A stretch of 64,000 nt of DNA from Catajapyx aquilonaris (taxonomy: Eukaryota): assembly GCA_000934665.2 (NCBI GenBank), contig JYFJ02001558.1, positions 1 through 64,000 on the forward strand, written 5' to 3'. Below the pieces are notes generated by a model. The model had not been told where the DNA came from. It did not search any database and saw nothing but the letters and a program-made list of their open reading frames with translations. Position 1 is the first letter of the stretch. Every line of letters begins with the position of its first letter. Of the stretch, positions 11,666-23,262 are shown piece by piece. The position numbers and the translations under genes were made by a program.

Positions 11666-11919
11666 AACATAATGGCGACCTCTTGGCTGATGATGGGTTG
11701 TGCGAAGGTCATGCCCCTGGCAGGATCCAGCCAACAGGACGGCAGAGATACCCAAGAAGGAGGTGCAGAGTATGCTACTCAAGAGGAATCCGAAAGGAAA
11801 CTGCCTTCCTGTGCAAGAGCTGCATGGTTCCACTACATTTAGGCCGGTGTTTCCAAGATTTTCATCTGAAGTTTGCAGAAGTCAGTACCAATGGCAGTGA
11901 CCCTACAGCATCATTATAG
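11666..11919 (+). CDS. Alternative terminal exon A of the BTB gene: piggyBac-transposase-type C-terminal Cys-rich zinc-binding domain (isoform ~382 aa)
   Basis: Pyrimidine tract plus ttcag acceptor in phase 1, matching the common exon. Encodes GHAPGRIQPTGRQRYPRRRCRVCYSRGIRKETAFLCKSCMVPLHLGRCFQDFH. Confidence 0.75.
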
Positions 11920-12108
11920 GGGAGAGCGTTGGACAGCACCCAGTGTTTAAGACTGAGCCATTTCCATGCCCACAGTTGCCATGGGAAAAAAGACTGATCA
12001 TGTCAAGAGCAGTCAGTGCATCATGTGTGACTGCAATTCCGAAATTCTTAAATTCACATTTTTAAAAATTTAGTTTTATGTGAATACTTGAAAAGAGGAA
12101 CAAGTAGG

Positions 12109-12389
12109 CCTTACTGGCGGGAAGTGGCAGGGTGAGTGGTGGCTGGGGGCAGCTTGGCTGTGTCACAAAGGCAAGGATGCAAGGATTGATTTTTTGGATT
12201 TTGGAAGGGGTATGCTGTACCAACCTAACCTAACCAAGCCTAACCTTCCTTCCTTGCGGATACAGACCTATCTTCAGCCATACAGACCTATCTTCAGCGG
12301 ATACATGCCTATCCTTTATCCTTGCCTTTGTGACACAGCTTGCTGCCCCCACCTACTACTACCCTCCCACCTCCCGCATGCCAGTAAGG
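12109..12389. mobile_element. Diverged MITE/fold-back element
   Basis: ccttactggc..gctgtgtcacaaaggcaaggat pairs with atccttgcctttgtgacacagc..gccagtaagg; internal AACCT repeats. Confidence 0.7.
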
Positions 12390-13051
12390 ACAACTCTATC
12401 TGAAAAGAATTTGTGTAATAATTGTAAGCAATACTTTGGCTCTGGAAATTATTTTTAAGACTGTGCTTGTGAGGTGTCAAGTACTTCTAAATAGCCGTCC
12501 ATAACTTGCATTATGCTTCATAGAGGGGGATAGAATATTCCCTGCACTATTCTCTATTACAATGTACGGTACATTTCTTCAATTAATATCCACGGGAGTG
12601 AGCAAAAAATGACAAAAGTTAAGAGAGATAACTACAGTCTAAATATTGGCATAAATCATAAATGGTTAGTGTTAGAATGTGCGACTTGCATTTACATGTG
12701 GGTTAGGTTTAATGCTCAATTATATTGCGACAAAGAAACAGTTGTTCAGTCTCTCTGTTTTGACACTTTCATGTGTGATTGGAATGTATTAGCACTGGTT
12801 ATTTGTATTTTATGCTCCACAAAAGTGTAATCTTGTCTTTTTTTTAAATTTATACCAATAATTGGGTTCTCAGACACTTTGCTGCCTCCTTGGCAGAGAA
12901 GCTTTTCATGTAACTGCCTGGCGTGTGCAGTTGACTGAAAGTTGCATACCTACAAAATGCAAGTAACTTGCACCACTGGCAGAAATCAGGTTTTTAAATG
13001 GCTTGAATGTAATCAGTACTCATGCTCAAATCATCCAGCTTTTGATCATAA

Positions 13052-13182
13052 TGTAATGCCCCTTGGGTCATATCTGGCACACCATTTAGTGACATTTGGC
13101 ACTTAACAGGAAAAATATACAGAATTTTTTTTTTGCACTAAATGGTGTGCCAGATATGACCCAAGGGGCATTACAGGGTTAA
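13052..13182. mobile_element. piggyBac-type MITE (left terminus incomplete)
   Basis: Perfect 40-bp inverted repeat 13052-13091 / 13136-13175; the right end continues GGG-TTAA. Confidence 0.65.
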
Positions 13183-13650
13183 GGAAGGAAGGATCCGTGC
13201 AAAACTACCAGTCTATTAATTTTGATAAGTGATGCTTGAGAATGGCATTAATCTTTTTAGTCAGTAGAGGAATGCTGTTGAATCCATCTGTGATGATACT
13301 GGCTAATTTTTTGTGGTGTACCTTGTACATACAGGCCATTTAGTAAATGCATACGAGCCATTTACACTTTCCATAGCTCATGGGAAGTGACTGGATGGAA
13401 AGGACTGAATCAGAAAAATTTCAGCTGCACGTCCTTATGCAAGCCTGGTTATTTTAACACGTCTTGAATGCCGATATTACAGCTTACTCTTCGTTAACAG
13501 TTGATGCTCAATGCAAAAGTACAATTCACATACAATTTCAAATGGCCAAGGGCCTGTTACCGTAATGATGGCCATCATATCTTAGTTCACGTGCTTGACC
13601 GTGATGCCACACTTGATCATGTATGGAGATAATATTGTGTTTTGCCTAAC

Positions 13651-13852
13651 GCTGGGTATCCACGTAAAAGTTTCTCATGCCAGAGTCCTCTTGCACGAGA
13701 AAATTTGTCCGTCGAGATGGACTCGATGTCGCCTCAGGACCCCTTTGGACCCTCGGAAAAGGGATTAAAGTCGAAAATTGTCTACCTTTTCTCTTTCCTC
13801 TGATAAGTGAATGCGCAGTTGGCTTCTCTGACAAGAGAAAGAGATACCCAGC
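13651..13852. mobile_element. Possible small MITE
   Basis: 10-bp TIR gctgggtatc / gatacccagc; no clear TSD. Confidence 0.35.
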
Positions 13853-14370
13853 TTTAGATGGTAATACAGTAATTTCTCTTAAGGTGTAATTGAGCTATTG
13901 TGTGTCATGACCTTGGTGGAGTGACATTTGTGCTCAATCCTTCTTGTTCAGTCTCAACTGTCGAGTCAACATGCCTTTTGTATGGGTCAAACAATTCAAA
14001 TTCATTTTGTTCACCAACTTATGTAACGAGGTACTAGTACTGATTTGTGAAATCCTTCCTCTGCAAGAACTTGAATCATTCACACACAAAAAACCAATGT
14101 ACAGTAAATAGATGAGTGTATTTTGATTAAATTGTGATTTCCTGAGTTTTTAACAACCCCTGCTTGCTAATGTTATGCAAGGAATATGTTTGGATGTAAA
14201 AACGATGCTGAGCATTGCTTAACGGTAGGATTGTCATTAGAAATTATCATTCATTCAAAGAGGGATGTTAGTGATGTCACAATCCTTTAATTGTCAGTGT
14301 CATTGTTGACATTGCTGACAATCATTTTTGCCCATTGTGATGTCACTACTATTTCTAGTTGAATCAATTT

Positions 14371-15068
14371 TATGAGGGCCATACCATACAGATTTACATT
14401 TTATTTTTTTGCCACAAGTACAGGGCCATTACAGGTTGGCAGATAGGCACACGTTGATAATAGAATCATCTTGGAGCTGAATGCACTGGTGCCCCAAGTG
14501 TGGCAGCCTATCCAGGCCCTCCAGGAACCACGTTTTGGAGGTGCCATGCACTCAATCCCAGACCACTTCTCACAGTACAGCAATGTCTTTGAAGTGGCAT
14601 TGGGGAAGGGGTTTTTTCAGGTTTTGAGAAGAGAAGGGCATCATCCTCACCCAACTGACTAGAACCGAGCACTACCATAAGCAGCCCCTTGTACTGTATG
14701 TGGTGACCCTCCACATCTTGCAGTGTGCCATCCAAAAAATGTGGCCAGGGAAGTTCATGAGATGTGCTCTTGCAGCATGACAATGAACAGCCCCATACAA
14801 GCTGGGAAACAACGGCTGCCATTACTGAGTTTGGGTTCAGGTATGGCCATATCCGCCGTACTCTATCAACCTGGCATCCACTGACTCTCACCTGTCCAGA
14901 GCCATGAAAAAATCTCTTCGCCAACACCATTTTGAGGACACTGTTGAACTGCAAGCAGTTGTCTGGGAGCAGGTGTGCTGTACCTTCAAATTGTGGTGCC
15001 AACCTGTAAGGGCCCTGTATTTGTGGCAAAATATTAAAGGGTAAAATCAATATGATATGGCCAAAATA
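14371..15068. mobile_element. Rearranged mariner remnant with transposase pseudogene fragments in both orientations
   Basis: TATGAGGG start and ~75-bp degenerate TIRs. Plus strand gives LLQHDNEQPHT...PPYSINLASTDSHL (HDNAxPH / YSPDLAPSDY). The minus strand gives a C-terminal fragment GLDRLPH..CIQLQDD. Confidence 0.75.
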
Positions 15069-15831
15069 AATCTCACATGTAGCAAGTATTACCCCTTTTT
15101 TCGCCCCTGTCCAGGGCTACACCAGTTTGTGTCTGTTTGGCTCTTGGGACTAGACAGGAACTTGCACAAGTTCAAGAGAATGATGCTGTAAAAGAGGTGT
15201 CATCAGATTCAACTTGGCAGTGGCCTAAACAGGAGATGCTAGTTTTAATGGAAAATTTGAACTGGGCTGCTGGTTGAGATCTTAGGGAAAATCGAATTTG
15301 TTGTCCCCCGAGGTTATTTCTCACCTTGTTGTGTTCAAAATGCAAGGGATGTACTGTACAAAGGACCACTTACTAAGCAAGCTCAGGCATATTTGCAAGC
15401 ACTGTACAACCTTTCATGCTGATTATTGCAATCCAACTGGAATTCACAAGGAAGTCATGTTACCCAATCCTGCAATGAGACAGTTTGTACGTAGTTACCT
15501 GGCAAGCGAGTCTTTTGTAACCTGATGAATTTTATATTTGGACATTAGTTGTGCTTGATTCTGAGGTCAGATTGCCTCAGAACCTGTAAATTATTAAAGT
15601 TATGATTTTCATTGTGTAAATTATTTCCCAATAAATTAACAGCAATGAAAATAGATTGTTAAAAATTTACAGGTTTTGAGATAACTGAATGTTTTACTCA
15701 TACAGAAGGCATTGACTCTGGTTGAATGTGAAGAAAGTGCACCGGAAACAATAAATAGCTGGTTATGAAACCTTGACCTGTCCTATCCTTGACTGCAGTA
15801 TTTCTTATTATTATTTTTATATCTGATTCAG

Positions 15832-16256
15832 CTGCAACATCAACCAAGAGCTTTCCATATCCCCCTTTCCCGTGCCCCTTTTGTGACCGTGCATACACCA
15901 GTTGGGGTTTTCGACGGCGCCACATCAAAGCAGTGCACACCCAGTCACCACGACTTAGCTGCAAGTGGTGCTTGCAAGTTCTTCCTACTCACGAGGAGTG
16001 GGAGAAGCACGTCACGGCCGAGCATGCCCTTTCCAGAAGCGATGCTCACAATGGACTGCTCATTTTGGAGGAAGCTCACATGGTGCTGCAGATACCCAAT
16101 CCAACACGGTTGGACACATTTGTGGACATGATCAAGAAGACAGAAGAGAGGGAGAGGGAGGAAAAGGAGAAAGGAGGTGGCGGGGATGGGAATAAGGGTG
16201 GAGGTGGGGATAACAAGAAAGGGGGAGGAGGTGCAAGTGCATCTGGTGACAAGTAG
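15832..16256 (+). CDS. Alternative terminal exon B of the BTB gene: two C2H2 zinc fingers (isoform ~439 aa)
   Basis: ttcag acceptor in phase 1. Encodes FPCPFCDRAYTSWGFRRRHIKAVH and LSCKWCLQVLPTHEEWEKHVTAEH, then a Gly-rich tail and TAG. Confidence 0.85.
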
Positions 16257-18540
16257 TTAGATAGATTTAGAGGGAGAAGGTCATTCTTTGGCCAGGTGAC
16301 ATGGTGCATTGCTCTTTAGGGTTGATCACGTTCGGATAGTTGGCGCTAGGAAATCCATTGTGTGTGAAGTCAGAGAGTGAAATAATGGAAATAACATAGC
16401 CCACTTCCATTTTCAGAACAGATTGAGTGAATGCACCTAAGTGAGTTTTACCAGTAATGCTTGTTTTAGCCTAAATAAGGGAAACCATGGCTGGAAATCA
16501 AACTTGTTTGAAGCGTGTGGAGGGAACCAAAGAAGGATGAAACTCTCATGCAATTAGGGTAATTGTATATGTATATTTTTTACATATGTATGCAGTGATA
16601 AGTAGCAACTATAGCTTGAAAAACCTGGGTATCTGCTAAGGCATTGGCGATTACAAAATGTGGTAACCCAGGTACTCATCTGTATCAAAATTATTTTCAC
16701 CTGAAGGGAGCCTTGTGCTATAAGCACTCCAGCTATAAGCACTGCAGTGCTTTTTTTTTTTTTTTTTTTTATCGATACAGCACCAGTGTGTGCTTGGTAA
16801 AACTTTTTTTTTTGGCAGATAGTACCTGGTAGGGATTATGTATGCCAGTGAATCACCCCTGCATATTAAGGGCTAAATTTGAGTGCCTAACAGTAACAGA
16901 CTTATGCAATGCCAGACTTACACTGGACTTTCAAAAGGCACATTTGTGTGTATAATGGATATGCGGAGTGATTTATTCCTAGTTCCACACAGTGCACTTG
17001 GATGCTTGACTTGTAACATACCAATATGATGCAAGATGTTGTGGGTACTCAAAACCAACTGGGTACGCAATTCTGAACTTGTATCTAATTCCCAACAGTT
17101 CATTGGCTGTTTGGAATTAATTAGGTACCTGATGCCTGAATCCTTTTTCTGTTATTATTATTATTAGCAACATGGGTGCCTTGTAAATAATACCATGTAC
17201 TATGCAGTCTTCATTTAACTTGTTGAGGTACTTGTAATGAATTTTTAACTGCAGGGACCAATACATGACAGGTGTGAAGAGCAAGTTGGATATAATATTA
17301 TAAATGCCTTACAGAGGAGATTGTATTTTCTTAACATGCACTCAGTGGCATACTAGTGTAATTATTGCAGTATTAATACCACTACTCTGCAAAATGTTTA
17401 AAAATTTCTATGGCGTGGTATTTAATGGCTGACGTAGCAGAATTCAAAGGTGCTGATTTCAGATCTGCTTTCGATTTTTTTCCAGTCACACTTTGGGGGA
17501 AGAACAATCAAGGTCTACCCTTGGTCAAAAATGAGTTACATATCCAATAGGATAGTTTCACTAGCGCAGAATATCATGGTTTGGTCGTGGTTGTGGAGAA
17601 ATGATTATAGTCCACTATGGAAGGCCCCGAATGTGGGATGTACAATAGAATGTTTGAAATTCCATGTCTCAGTTTCACATGAGGTGGACCTGGATCATTC
17701 TTCACCTGGCAGGTAATGCCAATATGTTAATTTTGTGAATATAGCCAAAAAGTTTTCTTAGCTTTGATTATTATTTATTTAAAGAACATTTATGCTCCTA
17801 GTATACCCAAGATGTTTTTTTGTTTTCTGAATATTTTTGGTATAATTACTCGTAGGATGATTTGGTTAATTGTTTTATTTATTCTTCAGTAATTTTTATT
17901 TGATGTAATAGTAGCATGTGATAAAATTATGGCATCATTGCAGTCATACGTGACAGAAAAAGGGAAAGCAGATCTGAAATCAGCACCCTCGGGTTAGGTT
18001 ACATCATCCATCAAACTCCTTGCTGCAAAATCACTGCAGGGTAGTGTAGTTTGTCAGCATTTATTGGCGTGCACAATCACTTGGCAATACGTAGACTGCT
18101 GCATCTCTTGCACAAAGTCAGTTCACACTTCACAGGGACATGATAGGGCTTGCAAGTCACTAATTTCATAAGGTGAGCTTCAATAATAATAAGTTATGGA
18201 AAGTGACTAAGTTTTGTGAACCAAGTATTTTGAATGCCACTTTCTCAAAAATCATGCCTTGTGGAATTGGTAAGAACAAATCCAATCATGAACTGCTGCA
18301 CAAAACTACTTGTGAGCATTATGACTATGCAAATTTATATATGCTGACAAAATGAATTGAATGGTGTTATGCAAACAGGCAACAGCCCTGAGAATCCTGA
18401 AGACAGAGTAATATTAATGATGAATTGATGGTGTATTGTTATGCACTAACCCTTATTTAGAGAAACTATTCTTCAACCAATTAATAATCAGCCTCAGGTA
18501 AAAATTACTGACTGACAGTAATTTACAACATACCCTATGT

Positions 18541-18717
18541 CAGTGGTTTTAACCTGGGGTGCCCGCAACCCCAGGTGGCTCCCATGGGGTGCAAGCAAGG
18601 TGCACCTCTGGACTTAGTCTAACTATGAACTTAATCAATCACCCCTGGTATATGGGGGGAGACAAAGATCAACTGTCTTCAAAGGGGTGCATAGGCCCAA
18701 AAAGGTTAAGAACCCTG
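18541..18717. mobile_element. hAT (Buster-type) MITE
   Basis: CAGTGGTTTTAACCT / AGGTTAAGAACCCTG termini; 8-bp TSD ccctatgt/gcctatgt. Confidence 0.75.
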
Positions 18718-21070
18718 GCCTATGTGTATTAAAATTTTCAACATGGTAATGCATTTCCCTTGAGGATGTGACAGATTGGTTCCTGTTTTCATAACACTAT
18801 CTAGTTGTCACAATATTTGCACAGAAAATGTATGTTCAAATAGGTGCAATAAGTGCAAATGTATCAAATGTGGTAGTGTGTACAGCAGGCTACCACGAGA
18901 GAATGTATCTCACAAATATTACTTTTTGCTACACATAACTTGTTCGTTGTTTGTGGCTTGTTTTACATTGTTGCTTATGTGTATGAAAGTTTTAGTGCCA
19001 AACCTTTGTTTTGTTTCATTTCTATTTTTGTGTGTCATCAATAGCCTGTATTTATAGTTGCTATTTTGATACAGACAATTGCTATCATTGTAATATTCTG
19101 GCTGATTAAAGCACGAAGTTCATCACTGATTTGTGTTTATTTGCACCTAAATGACATGGTGCATGATATACTGCACTCTGGCAATTTTTGAAAGACTTGC
19201 CAGTCCACCACCATGTCAGACCACATGTAAATGAAGTTTCCACAGGTTCAGTTGATTCTGTGTCCCTGACTGCGACTTTATGCTACACACACACAAAACG
19301 AGTAAGCTACTCAGCAAGGAACCTTGCAAGGCTTGATAATTACAATGTGTAAAGCAAGGTAGCTGACGTCAAATGGAATGTGAAGCCTGTCCAGATAGGG
19401 AGGGTTGCTTTTACCGGATGAAATTGGCATGGTGATTGCGAAGCACGGGGGAAATAAGCCAATTATTGCGTCTTTTGATCGTGGAAGCGGAAAACTTGTT
19501 GGAATTCAGCCAGCCACGGCTACGCAAATTAGAACCGACAAGCCAAAGAGAATTGTTAATCAGATATTAATTAACAAGGCTTCATTTTTAGCCTCCCTCA
19601 TTTTTTATGTAGCATTCTTCTTGCTACCGTGGCGCTTTTTATTGGCAGCGAAGGGTGGGGCTCCATGTGTTTTTTGTGCCATTATTTTAATACGAGTTTT
19701 TTAGTACGATAATTCTATTTATACTAATCAACATCCATGATTGTAGCTTAATGAGGCTAATTTGCTATAGTGTAATATCTTGTATATCTGACTCTCATTT
19801 TTAGAATAATGTTAATAAAAGCTCAACGTCACTCTGGCAATGGACAATGCTAACTATTTATCCATAGATAAGAGAACCAGTGACAATGCAGCTAGTGTTG
19901 AGTGGACACGATAATTGGCCTGCGTCACTGCCTATTTCAAGGGAAATTGGATCCGGAGTGGCATCGGTCGTCTTTGTGCCTTTAAAAAACATGCCGTAAA
20001 ACATGTGTCAATTGTGGTGAATACCTCCATTAGAGCTCTTTTCAACCCGCGTCCGGCAAATTACATGTCGGGAGAACGCCCTCATGGGAAAGTTTTAACC
20101 CCAGCCCTTTTTATTTAGTTGTCCTGTCCATTCCCCACTGACGCTCTTTGGGACGACAGTATAATACACGAGTATGTAACAACAACAAAAAAAAGAAGAG
20201 TAAAAGCACACCCTCTTCAAAAGAGGATTGGCTCAAATGAAAAGGTTGGCAACAGATGCATGCAGTTACAAGGAGGGTGTTTTGAATGAGCCCGTTTTCT
20301 GTTTGCCGGATGTCTTTGTGCTCCTCTGTCCGATCCTGTCAGTGTCACCTGGGATTAGGACGGATGGAGGATCCTTGTTATGCGGGTCCTTTCTCGTTGG
20401 CCAGTTTGAGATTTCCGGACAGATCATTTTGGCATCCGAGTGGCTGTAATGGCACAGATTGATTCTTGATAACTTAGGATTCGTCATTAGAAATAAATCA
20501 TAGGTCACAGTTTTTGGTTGTGTTCTTTATTTTTACGGACTTAACTCTATAACACTGAACTTACACATCTGTCACAACCATTCGATTCAGAGAAAATGTG
20601 TTGTAATAACCAGTGCAAAATTCAGATGTATTTACATTTTGCTGAGGATAATATTGCACATTGTGGTTACAGAGACAAGAATTATTACTTAGCTGACGCA
20701 GTTGCTGGCTTATCTGATAACTCTCATGATATAGTCGTGTTAGGGATACCGCTGTATCAAATGTGAACAAAATATACTATGTATACGTACTGTGTAGACG
20801 AAGGTATTTACTGGCTATTCTGAAACACCGTATTCGGGGCACCATCAAGGATCACCTTATGTAGCGTATTGGTCTCAGCAGCCTCGTTAACTATATTAAC
20901 ATTAATAAATTATATGTTGCATTATATCATCATGCCGGATATTGCGGATGCAGCCTATCGCATCCATCGCCATCATTATTGGCTGCTACATCCATGAGAT
21001 CGCAGTTTAAATCAAAATGGCATGGTAACACCAAGTAGGTTTGGGTAACACCCAAGATTTTAAATAATTA

Positions 21071-21413
21071 CAGAAGTCCCTGGTCTATGAACGGGGTTTA
21101 GTTCTTGAAAATCATGTCCGTATGTCGGATTTGTACGTAACTCGGATCCCCAAGGAACAGCGCATAAGCACCAGTCAACGAACCGCTTACGTCATGTGTG
21201 TTTGTTTACATGCGCGAGAGAACGTAGTTTCCCAATTATTTATTAATATTATGCAGTAGTTATGTTGAACTTTGTGTTTGTCAATGTACTCAGAAGTGAT
21301 TGAAAGTGGAGGGATAATAATTAATTAGAAATTATCTTACTGGGGAGCTTTGGGAGCCCGTTCGTAAGTACGGATTGCCGCAAGTCGGGTCGTTCGTAAC
21401 CGGGGACTACCTG
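21071..21413. mobile_element. pogo/Tigger-like MITE
   Basis: TA-CAGAAGTCCCTGGTCTATGAAC ... GTTCGTAACCGGGGACTACCTG-TA termini with subterminal cgtaa repeats. Confidence 0.7.
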
Positions 21414-23262
21414 TATATGGCAAGGCTGCATGGAGGTACGCACATCTGCCAGGATATTTCACACCTTGCGGAGACTGCGGAGACCAAAATATGATATATC
21501 TCAACACATAGAGTGACCCTCTTAAAAGTTGATATTAGATGCCGGCTTATTGTTTGAATCATTGTGAAACACCTGTATGATGAGACTGAATGAGTTTCTG
21601 TGACTTACAACAACTCCCTGAATAACGGCTAGTGGTAGAATATCGTAAACCTAATATTGCAAGGTATCAAGGGTGACCAATAATCAACGCATGACTGAAC
21701 AATTAATAAATTACTTCCGCTTATTATACGACCACTTCTCGTGTACTTGGTGAATGAATAGTATAGCCTGTTCTATACCTAGAAACTCAAGTTACTACAA
21801 CCGTCTGTTAGGTTGCTGCGGGTACTTGTCATTTATAGGTTTGGTGCCATTTTGTTGCTTATTTGATTAACACTAGGAGTAAGTGCATATGTAGGCACAT
21901 AAAATAGTAAATTATTATTTGCGATAATGCTAGTCTCCTGAATAAGGTAAAACTTGATTTCTCATGGGCAGTGAAGTGTCGCGTTGAACATTGTAAATTA
22001 TAAATTATGGACTGGCATAGTACTACACATCCACGTAACAGCCATTTGATGAACCATTCTTAAAAAATTTCCGTGTGCATTTAACTATCTGAAGTGCATT
22101 CTCATGGAGTTCCAACATCCACCGCCTCTGGATGTGCCCTTTCTACGCTAATCGGCTGGCAGCATCAATACGTTAGGTATACTAACTTGTAGGGACTATT
22201 TACAATGCAAGCGAGAAAAGGAGAGGATTCCAATGTGGTGTGCCAATCTGCAGATTCCATCCTTCCTTGTTTACGATATCTGAGGAAAAATTATCATATG
22301 AGACAAAGAATGATCCATTAGAGGGCTGAAGATCCGTGCCAATATGCATTTTCATGTAGTTGCTTGACAGCAGCGTTTCACACAGGTTATACGGTTGAGA
22401 GACATTGTGACTTATTGAGATGTAAGAGCAGATAACAACATTACGAACATGTACATAAACCTTAAAGTACCTGTTCTTTATGATGTGTCGACGAATATAA
22501 TGGTTTATTGTTCAGTCTTATGTTCTTGTATAATGAACACTGCAGATTTTAAAGATAAGCTTAAGTTAACGATACGCAATACATTTGAAAAAAAAAGTGT
22601 TGGAAGAATAAATTGCAACAGGGTGACACATCATTAAGCTAGCCTACTTGAAGTTGTCAGTTTTCTCCATCCACTTAGGCCTGCAAGAATTATACTTTCA
22701 TGTCGTAATATGCATAATACGAGAGTGCTCAGTTGTTTTCTTCTGAGACATCGTGTAAGTGCGGTAAGAAATAATAATGATCACTGATAGATGTATACAC
22801 TGCTGCTGCTGGATTCCCCGGTGAATGCATCTCATACTTATACGAAGCATAATTACGTGTGTTGAAGTTACTTAAATTTCTTGTTTTAGTCTGGCTCCCA
22901 AATGAAATAAAGTGTTTCATTTCGGGCGAAAATACACACACCCACGTCCACAAGCAATATTATTGTACACTATATTACTGCTGGAAAGTTTGATATGGAA
23001 TCTCTGGCGCTTTCCAGGGAACGTATAATTAATTATCCAGGCTATAACTTTAGAATTTGCGTCTTAAAAATCTGCTAAAGTTACATCAAAATACTGAAGC
23101 GTATATAGGCTATCTGAAATAAATTAAAATAGTTCTATAACTATACACTCGAGTCAGTCTGCTGTCCCACTGGAATTGCTTCAAACTTGGCTCAGCACAC
23201 TTTGACTGGCTTTGTCGTTGACGTATAAAACAGTATCTGGTATGTCCGTCGGTCTTGACCAA

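Noticed and set aside
14508..15050. 180-aa minus-strand ORF
   Set aside because: Chance open frame across the decayed mariner element
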